A stretch of 64,000 bases of DNA from Klebsiella pneumoniae (GCA_945870865.1 CAMBTO010000002.1:22535-86534), one strand, 5' to 3'; shown: positions 27,924 to 40,400, numbered from the stretch's first letter. A program made the numbers and translations. Notes: generated from the sequence alone by a model not told the origin.

Positions 27924-28412
27924 GTGTTATTTTTTGTGTGTAATTCAAGCCAGCTGTTCAGACCAGTGGCTACCAGATGTAACTCGTTAATCAGTAACTC
28001 CGTCAGTCTGCTGATTTGTTCGGCGTCATTCTCACGGATGGCGGCCAGTGTGATTGCCAATTGCAAGATACTGCAAATACAGGACATCAATTTCGGTGCG
28101 CTGGATCCCGGTCAGGCCAGCAACGCCAGCGAGGAAGGACACATCAGCTTTGCCTGTACCCGCGGTGTCGATTATCGGATGACGATTGATCAGGGCGAGA
28201 ACTTTGATTCAGAACGCAGCAGCTGCAGGATGAAGGCCAATGCTGCGGACTACCTGCCCTATCCCATTGATAATGAAGTGGTATCAGGCTCCGGTACCGG
28301 TTTCAGTTCACCGCTCAACTTCAGCATACAGGCCAGTGTCAGCGGTGCAGATTATCGTGATCTGCCAGTTGCGGCTTATCAGGACACCCTGAGTATCACG
28401 CTGGAACCCTGA
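27924..28412 (+). CDS. spore-coat-protein-U (SCPU / Csu-pilin-like) domain ORF lacking a signal peptide (probable N-terminally degraded or orphan)
   Basis: …ANCKILQIQDINFGALDP…ISFACTRG…YRDLPVAAYQDTLSITLEP matches SCPU-domain consensus (C…FG…C…YxDT…). No leader peptide is encoded in any frame upstream, and similarity starts ~28050. Confidence 0.4.
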   Translation: MLFFVCNSSQLFRPVATRCNSLISNSVSLLICSASFSRMAASVIANCKILQIQDINFGALDPGQASNASEEGHISFACTRGVDYRMTIDQGENFDSERSSCRMKANAADYLPYPIDNEVVSGSGTGFSSPLNFSIQASVSGADYRDLPVAAYQDTLSITLEP

Positions 28413-28561
28413 TTTTTCGGGTTTCGGCACCTGTTACACACGGTTACACAAGCCGTCCTCGCCGTGACAAACACTATACCCGCCACTGACAGATCTTCCG
28501 GTCGACCTGCCTTATCATACCCCCAACAGTTTGAAATCAATCACGGGCAAAGGAGCAGGAA

Positions 28562-28900
28562 ATGAATACCAATATTACCGATCGTACTTTCTGGTCAAAT
28601 GAGGGCTGGTTTCTCAATTTGCGCAAGGGTGATGAAAACGTGATGTCATTTGTGGGTAACCGACGCCTGAATATCCGCAGCGGTGATTTTGGTGTCATCG
28701 CCGGCCCATTCAATTCGCTGATACAGATGGAAAACTGGTTTACGACCTTTCAGGGCCGTCATGGCAAACCACGGGATCTGCAGATGTATCAGGGACAGGT
28801 CGGGTCCTCAATCGACATGGATAACACAGGACTTGAGCTGATGGCGGTCGAGGAGATCAGGAATCTGGCCAAGAATGTGGCAGGATTTCATTTCGGTTAA
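28562..28900 (+). CDS. hypothetical protein (112 aa)
   Basis: Good AAGGAG RBS 7 nt upstream. No recognisable family. Confidence 0.4.
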   Translation: MNTNITDRTFWSNEGWFLNLRKGDENVMSFVGNRRLNIRSGDFGVIAGPFNSLIQMENWFTTFQGRHGKPRDLQMYQGQVGSSIDMDNTGLELMAVEEIRNLAKNVAGFHFG

Positions 28901-28924
28901 GACGACCTCAAACGCCAGGCCTGA

Positions 28925-29641
28925 TCAGGGCAAGTCCCGGTAGCGCAGCGATATCTCTCCGCCGCTGGTTGCCATGCTGGCGAAATAACCGGGTGCGGAG
29001 TCGATATTCATTAGCGTCCAGTCTGCCATGAGTTCGTCTTCCCAGCGCGTCACCAGCAAGCGCGGCGGCTGATACGGATCGACTGACACATCAAACTGTT
29101 TTAATCCCAGGGCGATGCCTTTGCCATGCGCCTTGACGATGGCCTCCTTGCGTGTCCACGTCGCAAAAAATGCCTGCAACCGGATCTGTTCACTACAGTC
29201 CTGAAGTGCCTCGTATTCTGCCGTCGAAAAAAAACGGCGAGCCAGCGTCTGGTAGTCGATATCTGTGCGGACCTTCTCTACGTCAATACCTATATCGTGA
29301 TCCAGCGTCAAGGCTATCATCGCGAGATCCTGCGAATGCGATACGCTGAAACGGACGCGGGTAGGGCCAGGTTGAAATTGCAGGTACGGTTTACCGTCGG
29401 GATGATTGGCAATGGTGATATGTGACAAGTCACAATCCAGCGTTTGTGCCAGTATCTGCCGGAGAGTGCTGCGTGTAATTGTAAACTCCCGCACCTTGCT
29501 GGCGGAGAGGAACTTTGCCGCGCGCTGTCTCTCCTCGTCTGACAGGTACTGTTGGCAGTCCTGTATCTCAGCCTCGGTACGCCCAAGAGGTATCCGGTAG
29601 ATATCCACACTCTCCGGTTTATACCCGGGCATGTTTATCAT
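28925..29641 (-). CDS. pfaE: Sfp-type 4'-phosphopantetheinyl transferase (PfaE-like)
   Basis: GIDVE and WTRKEAIVKAHGKG motifs. It is the last gene of the pfa/ole operon, with a 4-nt overlap with oleD. Confidence 0.8.
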   Translation of the reverse strand: MINMPGYKPESVDIYRIPLGRTEAEIQDCQQYLSDEERQRAAKFLSASKVREFTITRSTLRQILAQTLDCDLSHITIANHPDGKPYLQFQPGPTRVRFSVSHSQDLAMIALTLDHDIGIDVEKVRTDIDYQTLARRFFSTAEYEALQDCSEQIRLQAFFATWTRKEAIVKAHGKGIALGLKQFDVSVDPYQPPRLLVTRWEDELMADWTLMNIDSAPGYFASMATSGGEISLRYRDLP

Positions 29642-30633
29642 TTTGCTGCCCCGGAAAAATATTGTTCCAGTCTGTGCATGCCCTGTTCGGTACTGACATG
29701 TGGCTGATAGCCGAGGTCGCGGTGGGCGGCACTGATATTGTACCAGTGGGCACAGCTCAGTTGGCGGGCGATAAAACGCGTCATCAGTGGCTCCTGTCGG
29801 ATCTTCAGCAGACTGTATACGACCTCGGAGATCTGTCCGATTTTATAGAGTAGTCCGTCCGGCACAGTCCGGTTGATCGCAGGCATACCCGCTGCGTTCA
29901 GAATACGGTTTATGATCGCGGACATCGGCAAGGGCTCGCCGTTACTGATGAAATAGGCCTTGCCGGCACAGCTTGCGCCGACGTTCAGTTTATCCAGTGC
30001 GGCCAGATGTGCGTCCACGGCATTGTCGATATAGGTGGTATCAACAAGGCGGCGACTGCCGCGTGTCAGTCGTAGTCTGCCGGTACGGGCACGGCTGAGG
30101 ATCCTGCCGATCAGGTGCGGGTCACCCGGCCCCCAGATCAGGTGCGGTCTTAATGCCACGGTAGATAACCAGTCATTGTTTGCGGCCAGTACGCGTTGCT
30201 CGGCCATCGCCTTGGTACGCTGGTAATGATTGAGCCAGGTGGAAGGATAGGGCGCAGACTCATCGAGGTTCTCCTCATCCGAGCCGTCAAAAACGACACT
30301 GGGCGAACTGGTGTATATGAGCCGGCGGATACCGTTGGTGATACAGGCATTGATGATATTTTCCGTGCCGATGACGTTGGTCCGGTAATAGTCATCATAC
30401 TTGCCCCACACACCGGTCAGCCCGGCGATATGCATGATCACATCACAATCGCGACTGGCGTCTAACACCGTCTGGCGAACAGCCAGGTCGCCCTTGTACA
30501 AAACTACACCAGCGCGTTGCAGTTCAGGATATTCACCGCGTTGCAGGCAGCTGACTTGTAACCCGCGTTGCAGTAGTGCACGCACCACCGCACCGCCGAG
30601 GTAACCTCCACCGCCCGTGACCAACACATTCAT
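29638..30633 (-). CDS. oleD: OleD, NAD(P)H-dependent 2-alkyl-3-ketoalkanoate reductase (3beta-HSD/NAD-epimerase family)
   Basis: VLVTGGGGYLG Rossmann motif, the YxxxK region and ~330 aa. It is positioned as oleD after oleC. Confidence 0.75.
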   Translation of the reverse strand: MNVLVTGGGGYLGGAVVRALLQRGLQVSCLQRGEYPELQRAGVVLYKGDLAVRQTVLDASRDCDVIMHIAGLTGVWGKYDDYYRTNVIGTENIINACITNGIRRLIYTSSPSVVFDGSDEENLDESAPYPSTWLNHYQRTKAMAEQRVLAANNDWLSTVALRPHLIWGPGDPHLIGRILSRARTGRLRLTRGSRRLVDTTYIDNAVDAHLAALDKLNVGASCAGKAYFISNGEPLPMSAIINRILNAAGMPAINRTVPDGLLYKIGQISEVVYSLLKIRQEPLMTRFIARQLSCAHWYNISAAHRDLGYQPHVSTEQGMHRLEQYFSGAAK

Positions 30634-32276
30634 TTCTGTTTGCGGGCCCAGCGGGTCAGTTCAGCCCGGTTAATCTTTGTGTTATGACGGATGTCTACCG
30701 GAAACCCTGGATGGAAATAGATGTCACGGATTGCACGGGTATGTTCATGTTCCTTGCCGAGTTCAAGCAGTTCACGTTTGATCGCCGTGGTATTGGCCTT
30801 GCGGTGCGCCGGATCAAGCTCGACGCAAAGTGCCGGTATCACCTCAATCTTGTGTCGCCGACTGACCAACGCGGTCCGGTATACCTGAGGATGGGCATTA
30901 AACACACCTTCACAACAGGCGCTAAACCAGGTCTTGTCATACTCGACCACCCGTTCGGACTTGCGACCGCAAAACCACAAGCGGCCCAACTCATCCAGAT
31001 AACCGGTATCGCCCATGCGGTGATAAACCTTGCCGTCACCGGCAAAGATCTTCGCCTGCAGTGTGGCATCGGGTCGGTTGTAATATTTCGTGGTGACCTG
31101 CGGACCACTGACCACAATCTCGCCAATCTGCGGCGCCGCTAGCAGAGTCACCTCGTCCCAGCGTCCAATCGGTTTGTCAGTGATCGCAATGATATGGACA
31201 TCCATACCTGCAACCGGTTTGCCTACACAGATCCCCTTCCCGGCATCGGTGGCCAGCCGGGTCTGTTGCAGGAGCTCGTGGCTGCCGATCGAACTGACCG
31301 GCAGTGATTCGGTGGCACCATAGGGTGTATAAATTTGTACTGAAGGATTCAACAGCTGGCTAAAGCTCTCCAGGATCGCGGGAGCAACCGGTGCGCCGGC
31401 ACTGAGCACACGTTTTAACGAGGGCAGGCGGATATTCTTTTTGACGCCATAACGTCCGCAACGGTCCAGCAGCGCAGGAGACCCAAACATCGTCGTCGCC
31501 TGATAGCGATCGATTGCCGCAAAGATTTTTACCGGGTCCACACTGCCCGGACGGGTAAAGTCCATGTCCGGGATGATAGATGTCATACCCATCGCCGGGG
31601 CATACAACCCAAACAGCGGAAACGTCGCGAGGTCTACCTCACCCGGGCGTATGTCATACAGCTGCTGCAATGCCTGGACCTGGGCAAGAAAGTTACCGTG
31701 CGTATAGACCGCACCTTTCGGTGTGCCGGTGCTGCCGCTGGTAAACAGGATGGCCGCCATCTGGCCGGGGTCGGTCTCCACCTTGTCATTAGCCAGTTTG
31801 CGCCAGCGGTCGCGCATTAAGGAACGTAGTCGAATCAAACCTGGCAGTGGCAGAGGATCATTGCCGCTGAGTATACGGGTTTCGATACTGCCACCCGCCC
31901 AGCCGAAGATAATCCGTGCCAGATGGGCCTTGCGATTGCCGATGAATGCCTGCGGTCGAGCCTCGCCCAGACATTTTTTCAGGTGTCTCAGGCCGATACC
32001 GGGGTCCACCGCGACCAGCACCGCACCGATCCGGAACAGCGCAAACACGGTGGCAAAAAATTCAAACCCGGGGCGTTCCATCAATACGGTACGGGTCCCT
32101 GCGCGGATACCGTGCCAGGACAGGCCACTGGCAATGCGTGCGCTCGCGTCGTCCAGCTCGCGATACGAAAACTCCTGAAACCGTCCGTCCGCCTGTTGTA
32201 CTGCCAGCGCGAGGTTGTCCGGCTGTTGCTGCGCCATCTGTGCAAGATAGTCTGCAATATTGGTCGCCTGCATCAT
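30630..32276 (-). CDS. oleC: OleC, AMP-dependent synthetase/ligase (olefin beta-lactone synthetase)
   Basis: AMP-binding motifs (FTSGSTGTPKG; YGATE-like; …GDTGY…), 548 aa and position within oleABCD. Confidence 0.8.
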   Translation of the reverse strand: MMQATNIADYLAQMAQQQPDNLALAVQQADGRFQEFSYRELDDASARIASGLSWHGIRAGTRTVLMERPGFEFFATVFALFRIGAVLVAVDPGIGLRHLKKCLGEARPQAFIGNRKAHLARIIFGWAGGSIETRILSGNDPLPLPGLIRLRSLMRDRWRKLANDKVETDPGQMAAILFTSGSTGTPKGAVYTHGNFLAQVQALQQLYDIRPGEVDLATFPLFGLYAPAMGMTSIIPDMDFTRPGSVDPVKIFAAIDRYQATTMFGSPALLDRCGRYGVKKNIRLPSLKRVLSAGAPVAPAILESFSQLLNPSVQIYTPYGATESLPVSSIGSHELLQQTRLATDAGKGICVGKPVAGMDVHIIAITDKPIGRWDEVTLLAAPQIGEIVVSGPQVTTKYYNRPDATLQAKIFAGDGKVYHRMGDTGYLDELGRLWFCGRKSERVVEYDKTWFSACCEGVFNAHPQVYRTALVSRRHKIEVIPALCVELDPAHRKANTTAIKRELLELGKEHEHTRAIRDIYFHPGFPVDIRHNTKINRAELTRWARKQK

Positions 32277-33187
32277 GATTGAGCTGATTTTGATGGTGTC
32301 CCGATCCGGTGGCGTGCCAGGAAGTCTTGCACCAGTGGGACTATCTGTTCGTGCGCGTCTTCCAGCACATAATGACCGGCATCGGCAAATCGGTGTAACT
32401 CGGCAGCGGGAAAGCGTTCGGTCCAGCCATCCAGGAAATGTTCATCAAATACAAAATCACGCATGCCCCAGCAGATCAACATCGGCAGCTGGCGGAAGCG
32501 GGCGAGGCCCTCGGCGACGGCTGATACAATGTCATACCCGAGGTCGCCAGGTTGCAGCGGGATGTCCTCGACGAACCGACGCACGGCCACACGGTTGGCC
32601 CAGTTGTCATACGGGGCCAGATAGGCCGCAGCGACGTCAGCGTCCATCGGCCTGCGGGTAACGCCGTACCTGACAGCACCACGACAAAACGCATTGAAGC
32701 CTTGATTCAGCAGGGCATTCAGCAGCGGGATGCGACTCAGTTTAAGCGACAACGGTAGATGTTTGCCCGCTGGCAGATGGAATGCGGCTGTATTGAGGAT
32801 GACCAGTCGTTTGATGCGTTCCGGGTGCAGGCTGGCCCAGGCCATGCCGATCATGCCGCCCCAGTCATGCACCACCAGGGTGATATTGCCGGTGATGTCG
32901 AGCTGGTCCAGCAATGCCCCGAGGTCTTCCACCCGCCGTGCCAGCATAAACGGATATTGTGCTGCCAGTGGTTTTTCCGACAGGCCCATGCCGATATGAT
33001 CCGGGACGATGCAGCGATAGTTTCCCTTCAGCGCCAGTACCAGCCTGCGATAATAAAATGACCAGCTCGGATTGCCATGCACCATGACGATGACATCTGC
33101 ATCACGCGGGCCTTCATCCAGATAATGCAGCTTGTAGCCGCGAATATCGACGAAGTGTGAGTTGAATGGATAATCCGGATAGTGCAT
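32273..33187 (-). CDS. oleB: OleB, alpha/beta hydrolase (haloalkane-dehalogenase-like; beta-lactone decarboxylase)
   Basis: MVHGNPSWSFYYR, VVHDWGG nucleophile motif and 304 aa. It lies between oleA and oleC. Confidence 0.8.
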   Translation of the reverse strand: MHYPDYPFNSHFVDIRGYKLHYLDEGPRDADVIVMVHGNPSWSFYYRRLVLALKGNYRCIVPDHIGMGLSEKPLAAQYPFMLARRVEDLGALLDQLDITGNITLVVHDWGGMIGMAWASLHPERIKRLVILNTAAFHLPAGKHLPLSLKLSRIPLLNALLNQGFNAFCRGAVRYGVTRRPMDADVAAAYLAPYDNWANRVAVRRFVEDIPLQPGDLGYDIVSAVAEGLARFRQLPMLICWGMRDFVFDEHFLDGWTERFPAAELHRFADAGHYVLEDAHEQIVPLVQDFLARHRIGTPSKSAQS

Positions 33188-33253
33188 GGCAGACAGTGTC
33201 GATTTATGTGGAAAACAGATTTGTTCGAATCTCGGGATTCGGGACCGGCTAAC

Positions 33254-34453
33254 TTACCACTCCCAGCCGAGCATCATGCAGTTAAGGCCGCTGCCGATAC
33301 CGAGGAACCCGACCCGGTCGCCACGTTTTAGGAATTTGCGCTGATCGGCGATGGCAGCGGTCATCGGTACCGAGACGGTGCCGATATTGCCGAGGTATTT
33401 ATAGGTACTGAAATCCTTGTCTTTGGAAATCCCGAGCTCGCGTAGAATGGTTTCCTGATGTCCCGAACCGACCTGGTGACAGATGACCTTGTCGATCTCC
33501 TCGCGCGCCCAGCCCATCCGCGTCAGGAACGTGCCCCAGGTCTTTACCCCGAGCTTTACGCCGTGTTTCAGTACCGACACCGAGTCGGTCGACATGAACT
33601 GGGACAAAACCTGTGGCAGCATCTTTGAGGGTAACAGGTTGGCGACGGCGGTTGGCAGTTTCTCGCTGGTCATCAGCTCGCGCATGAACGTAGGCAGGGT
33701 CTCCGGGTTCATCACATCGTCTACCGCGTGCATCAGTTTGTCCGGTGTCAGCATCATCTTGCCGAGCTCGACCGGTGTCATCGTCACGCCCCAGCGGCAC
33801 AGCCGGTGATGTTCGGGGGCGGCCTGAGTGGCGGCACCGATTAATCTGTGAGTATTGCTGTTGCTGAATGAACCGTCGGTCAACAACACAGCGGCCGCAC
33901 CGGAACCGCCGGTCAGCGTCGCCAGTGAGGAGGAGAAGATATCCATCGTCTTTTCGCGCAGCATGCGGTTGATCATGATCTCGACGATCTCGCGTGAGGA
34001 TTCGCAGGACACAACCATACCGGCGCGGATCTGTTTCAATTCGATCCGGTTGGCGATATCAATGATCCCGTTTAATACACCAAGACAGGCATTCGAGATA
34101 TCGTAGACATAGGCATCCGGGCTGATGCCCAGTTTGGCGGCGACCGCGCAGGCGGTGGCCGGTTCGTAGTTCTCGCGGCAGACACCTGCGTAGATCAGTG
34201 TCTGGATATCGCTGGCGCGTACATTCGACTGGTTCAGCGCCTTTAAAGCGGCGGCTGTGGCACCATCCGACAGTGAGTAGCCCTGATCCCACCAGCGGCG
34301 TTCACTGATACCTGTTAATGCTTCCAGCTGACCGGGTGAGATATGCAGCGAGTCGTACATCGGTAACAGCCTGCCTTCCAGTTCTTCCGAGGTGACCACC
34401 ATCGATGGCAACTCGTAACCGATAGACTCCATATGTACGCGGCGAAATATCAT
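33254..34453 (-). CDS. oleA: OleA, FabH-like thiolase (acyl-CoA:acyl-CoA head-to-head Claisen condensing enzyme)
   Basis: FabH/OleA fold (…DISNACLGVLNGI… with catalytic Cys). ~400 aa, longer than FabH. The start overlaps the pfaC stop by 4 nt. Confidence 0.8.
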   Translation of the reverse strand: MIFRRVHMESIGYELPSMVVTSEELEGRLLPMYDSLHISPGQLEALTGISERRWWDQGYSLSDGATAAALKALNQSNVRASDIQTLIYAGVCRENYEPATACAVAAKLGISPDAYVYDISNACLGVLNGIIDIANRIELKQIRAGMVVSCESSREIVEIMINRMLREKTMDIFSSSLATLTGGSGAAAVLLTDGSFSNSNTHRLIGAATQAAPEHHRLCRWGVTMTPVELGKMMLTPDKLMHAVDDVMNPETLPTFMRELMTSEKLPTAVANLLPSKMLPQVLSQFMSTDSVSVLKHGVKLGVKTWGTFLTRMGWAREEIDKVICHQVGSGHQETILRELGISKDKDFSTYKYLGNIGTVSVPMTAAIADQRKFLKRGDRVGFLGIGSGLNCMMLGWEW

Positions 34454-37400
34454 ATGTCTGACATTCTAAGGGTAAAATCGGTCATCTGATAGATGATTCT
34501 GCCATCGACGATCAAAAACCCGTCTGCAGTCAGCAATTTGCGCGTGTCATCTACCTGTTTGACCACAGCAGATACCGTGACCTCATGGTCTTTCGGGATG
34601 ATCTGGCCGCGGTACAACCAGTGGTGTGGCTGATGCAAGGCCATCGATTCGAGGCGGGCCGTCTCGCCGCCCTGCCAGCGCTCGCACGCCACTACTTTCA
34701 GTAACTGGATAAATGATTCCAGTCCGAGAGAGCCGGGCCAGACCGGATCCTGGTAAAAATGGGCCTTGAAGAACCAGGCCTCGGGATTCACGCGGGCAGT
34801 GCCACGGATATAACCGAGTCCGTGTGGTCCACCTTCTGCATCAAAATGTTCAATCCGATCGATCATGCGCATTTGATCAGCCGGGTAGGGCGCCTGTTGT
34901 GGGTAAGCGAACTGCCGCGCACGAGAGACCTCTGTAGCGGTCGGCTGATAGGGCATGACATCGCGGATACCGACCTGATTGGTGAGCGCCTGTCTGGAGA
35001 AGAATCCAAAGTAGGTATCACCCTTATAGACTGTCCCGGCATTGCAGAGGACTTCATAATCATAATTCTGGATGATCATGCCGCCAGACAAGGCCACGTT
35101 GGTCATCTTCACCCGGATCGTCAGCATGCCGGTGTCGGCAGTGACCGGCAGTGTCTGTACCGCCTTGCCACCGAGGTTGCGGAATGACAGATCGGTCTCG
35201 CTGGTCAGGGCCGAGCCGAGATAAGCGGCCATCCAGCCGCAGGGCTGCAAGGCGATCTCAAGTAACACGGAGAAGGGCATGCCTTGTTGCCGGTTCGCAC
35301 CAAAGTACCAGGCGTCTACAGGCACATCGTATTCACCTTCAATGACAGCACCCGCCTTTAATTGCCAGGGTTCGCAGTGATTGATGGAGACGATACGATC
35401 CAGAAACTGGAACGGCGGGCCGGGCAGGCGGGCGATAATCCGATCGTGATCAAACGGCAGGTAACGATCACCAAACGCCTCGGATGGCTTGCCGGTCGCA
35501 AAGGCGAGTATGGAGTTGTAATCATACAGTACGGTCTTGACAGGTGAAGGCGCGGTATTACCGCGTTGTTGCCAGAGTGTCTGCAACTGGTCGCGATGCA
35601 GACCGGTCAGCTGCACCGACATATTGCTCATCTGCACGATCGCGCGACCATCGGCGTACATCAGTGCATCGGCGATCACATACGGTGTGCCGTTAGCCTG
35701 ATAGCCGATTTCCTTCAGTGTAATCTCGTACTGTACCTTGCTGGTCGAGGCGATCACCTGACCACGGCATTTTAATTTGCTGTTGATGCCCGCTACCGGT
35801 TCATAAACAACGGCGGATGCCTCACCAACCCAACCCATGCGCAACAGATAGATGCGCAGTGTGTGCAGGCAACATTCGTACATCAGGGTACCGGGCATCA
35901 CCTGATCATCTATAAAGTGGCAGGTGAGGAACCAGTCGTCCGGATGGATATCCGCCTCACCGGTGATGCGACCGATCCCGTAGCGGCCGGCGCCCGGATC
36001 CAGTTCGAGCACGCGGTGCACCAGTGTCATCCGACCGCCGGGCAGACCGACCGCGTGTTGCAGGGCCAGTCCGGTAAACTGTGGACCAAACGCGGTGACC
36101 AGGTCGCCGCTGCGCAGTGCCTCAATCTGTGTATCGGTGTATGACTCGGTTTGCATGCCTACCAGTGGCTGCCAGTCCGGTGTACGCACGCCATCGGCAG
36201 GACGGCGTTCAAATTCGGTCAGCACGATACCCTTGCCCGCATCGAGTTCAGCCTGGCTGAAAAAACCGGCACAACCGTTCCGCATCGACAGCAGCGGTTT
36301 GCCATTGACCGTACCTTCAAAGCTGAAGCGGAACAGATGGGTGTCACCCTGCCGGAAGAAGCGCTCGATACGAATGTCATAATGGATCGTCTGTCCGGGA
36401 CCCGGCAATGCATCGTGGAAGCTGATCTCGGCGTCAAGCAGGCGGTAGACCGCGAGGCCTTTGGTAATCTGATCGATACCGAGATAACCGGACAGGAACA
36501 GATCGGCCTGGCCTGACTCGACCGCAATACAGGTCGGGATACGCCCGCCATCCAGATACCAGGCACCCGGATGGATATCATGTTCGGTGGTGACGCGGCC
36601 ACTGCCCATCGAGCATGGCTCACCTTCTATCATCAGAATACGATCAACCAGCATCAACGGTTCGTCCGGCAGACGGACCCGTGTGGGGTAACTGTCGATT
36701 GGTGCAAACTGCGGCCCCAGTAGCTTGCCTATTGCTCCGCGCGCGAACTCCAGACACTGCATACGATCCAGCGCAGGCCGTGTCGGCACAACGCTGGCGG
36801 GTTTGGTCGGGTGCAACGTTGTCACAGTCAGTTCAGTTACCTGTGTCGGCATATTCTGTAGCAGCGCCATTTGTAGCGACAAGGCATTGCTGAGTGTATG
36901 GGTGATACCGTTGGCGACCCGCAGATACGTCTCGTGTGCCTGTGCCATCGCCGATTCGGAGCAGGCAATCTGCTCTATTAATGTCTGTGCCGGTGTATAC
37001 GTTGTCAGCCGGGTCGGGTGTGTCAGTACCCGCGCCGTCACGGTTTCTGTCTGCGGTTTTTGTGCAGGTACTCGCGGCAGGCGAATGTCGATGGGGGCAT
37101 GGCCAACCTTGACGCTGATCTGAGGCACCTTCGCCTCGGCCTGTCGGAGACTCGCGGTGTACAGGCTGTCGAGTTGCAGCGGTACCCGGTGTGTGTTCAG
37201 CAGTGCGAGTGTACGCAACACCGAGGCGACACCGTTTTTACCGTTGACGCACACTGCCTGTGCCAGATGCGGCCTGTCCTGCAGGATGCGATCAATCATA
37301 CGGGTACACGAGCCACCGGGCCCCATCTCGATAAACAGGCGTACACCGTCATCAAAGGCCGAGTTGATCACCCGTGTGTAATCAAACGGTTGTAGCGCCT

Positions 37401-40400
37401 GGCCAACGATCGAGTCGGCCGCACTGTCCATAGTGACCGGATAGGCACGCCCGAGGATGCCGCTGTAGAAACGCACGTTCTCCGGCGGGTTGGTCGGGAA
37501 CAGGTGTAACTCACGGTAGGCCTGCTCGACCGGTTTTGCTACATCACAATGTACCGTCGTGATCGTGTCCAGCGGATGAAAACTGCAAGCGAGGTCTTTT
37601 ACCAGCGCCTCAACCGCAATACGGTTGCCACCGATTACACATTCATCCGGTGTATTGATAATCAGCAGATAGACCCAGGGCAATTTCTGTATACGGGCGT
37701 TCAGTATGTCAGCCGGGCATTGAATGACGCCGACCTGCCAGTCCACATCGACATAACTGGATAGTCCCCAGCACTGACGCGCGGCCGTGCATGGACCAGC
37801 GAGTTCGGTGGTGAACAGCGTCGACTGTTGTATACGTTGTAGCATCAGGTCGCGGTCGCGCCAGGTGCGGGTCGCAAACAGACCGGCTGTTTCGCCGAGG
37901 CTGTAGCCGATAATCGCGTCTGGACGCACACCAAAACGGGAAATCACATCACTGACAAATGTACCCAGCCAGACCTGACCAAAAATGACGTCCTGATGAC
38001 CCAGCGGCCCGTTGTCCGTGTCTGCCCAGAATCGAGAGCGTGCAAATTGCGCGGCGAGTGCACCGTTCTCACGGTCGAGGTTTTCCAGCACCTCGGGCCA
38101 GCGACAGGCAATGTCGCGACCCATACCCCGAAAATGGTTGCCGGAGCCCGGGAACACAAAGGCGATTTTGCCCGTATCCGCGAGTGGCTGATCGGTAAAA
38201 TATATACGGTCGCCGATGGGCACCCTGCCACCCTCTACGATCTGGCGGGCTTGCGTTATCAATTCGAGCAGTTGGGTCTGGTTCGCAGCAAGCAGGCTGA
38301 TTGCGCGTTTACGCCTGCCATGTTCGCGGTTCGATTCAAACCAGCGTCGGGCGATAGCGCCGATGTCCTCGTTACTGCGCGTGCGTACCAGTTCGGCAAG
38401 ATGATCCAGTCCGGCGTGCAATTGCGTGCGTTCATCCGCCTCAATGGAAAACAATTTATCATGACAGCCGCCGGACAATACCGACGATGTGTCTATGGCA
38501 TTCGTAATGCTGTGTTCTGCCTGCTCCAGTACCACATGGCAGCAGGAACCGCCGGTGCCAATCGAGGTCGCGAGCGCACGCCGAGGACCGGCGAGTCGAT
38601 CACGCAACCAGTGTTGAGGCGTCTGGTGGACACTGAACCGGCTGTATTCACGAAAACGGGTCTGATCCGATAACACATTACGTAACGGTGGCAACACACG
38701 GTGATAGAGGGCCAGGCTTGCCTTTGCAACCGAGGCGAGTCCCGAGGCGGCACCGGTGTGACCGATGTCTGCCTTGACGCTGGTGATCACCGTGGACTGA
38801 TCCTCGCTGTTGGTGCTGAACACGGAGCACAGCGCTCCGGTCTCCAGTCTGTCCTCGTCTGCGTGACCACTGCCATAGGTCTCGATACAGGAAATGCTGT
38901 CCGGCGCGATATGCGCATCGGCACAGGCCTGCTGTAACGAGCGGGTATAGGTGTTGACCGAGGGTAACAGCGTACCGATGTCACCACCGCTCGCACTGCC
39001 GATACCGGTGAGCAACGAATAGATCCGGTCGCCGTCACGCACGGCATCTTCATGGCGTTTCAGCACGAAGGCAACGGCGCCTTCACCGATCACTGTTCCC
39101 GTGCTGTCCTCAGCAAACGGTCGGCAGATACCGTCGGTGGCATAGGGGCGGGCGGCATCCTGTCCGGCCACGGCACGTACATCACCGGCCAGATCAACCG
39201 CGCCGACAATGGCTATGTTCAGCTCATTTCTCTGCAAGGCGCGTATCGCGGTCTGCAACGCGTGCATGCCGGAACTTTCCTCGCTGGAGACGGTAAAGCC
39301 GGCCCCGCCAAAATTGAATGCGCGGGCAATCCGGCTCGCCACAATCCCGCCGAGTGCACCCATCGTCCGGTTCGCTGTCAGCGGCGGGCCGACCTGATCT
39401 TTCAGGTTTTCAGTCCACTGTTGCAGGCTGTCCGCGTTCAGCTGTATTCCGGACTTTTTGATCCACGCCTGGGCCATATCGGTCATCGCCCAGCGCAGAT
39501 GGAAGTTCGTGGTGTTCAGGTCGAGGCCAATCCCGATAAACACACCGGCATCGGTGCGTTCCTGTCCAACCGGGCCGGACTGCTGTGCATCGTCGAGCGC
39601 GTTCGCGGCCACTTGTAACATCAACAACTGTTGCGGCAGCATGTCCTGCAATTCCTTCGGCGGGATACGGAAACGACCGACCGGTACGTCTACCTGATCT
39701 ATCGTATAACCACGCAGACCGGACAGGCGCGGCAGACCCCAGCGGTTATTGGCCGGCGTTGTGCTGATGTCCTGTAACTCGCCGAGTACTCGCGCGGTGA
39801 AGTCAGGCAGTGAGCGCCACGGTCCGAAACAGGTGTCCATACCGACGATCGCAATCGCCGGAGTGGGAATCGCATCGGGTGCGGTTTTGTTTTTTACCTT
39901 GCCGAAAATGGTAGCTGTTCCGGTTTCAGGCCATTGCTCCAGCAACACATGCGCATTAATACCCCCGAAGCCGAAAGCACTGACTGCAGCACGACGAGGT
40001 TGGTCTGCCTCGCGTGGTTGCCAGTCGCGGGCGTGGTCAAGTACCGTAAACGGACCGTTGTCCAGATCGATGCCACTGGCGGCGTGCTCGAAGTTCGCCA
40101 TCGGTGGTAACAGATTATGTTTGAATGCCAGCAATACCTTAATCAGTCCGGCGGATCCTGCGGCGGTCAGCAGATGGCCAATATTGCTCTTCACCGATCC
40201 AATCACACAGCGCTGCCCGTCACGGTAATGCTGGCCCCACAGTGTGCGCATGCTCTGGTATTCGGTACTGTCACCGGCCGGCGTGCCGGTGCCGTGACAT
40301 TCAATCAGGTCGATCGTATCGGCCTGCCAGCCTGCCTCGGCATAGGCGGCACGCATCGCACGCAGTTGGCCTTCCGAGTCTGGCAACATCAGGTTACCGC

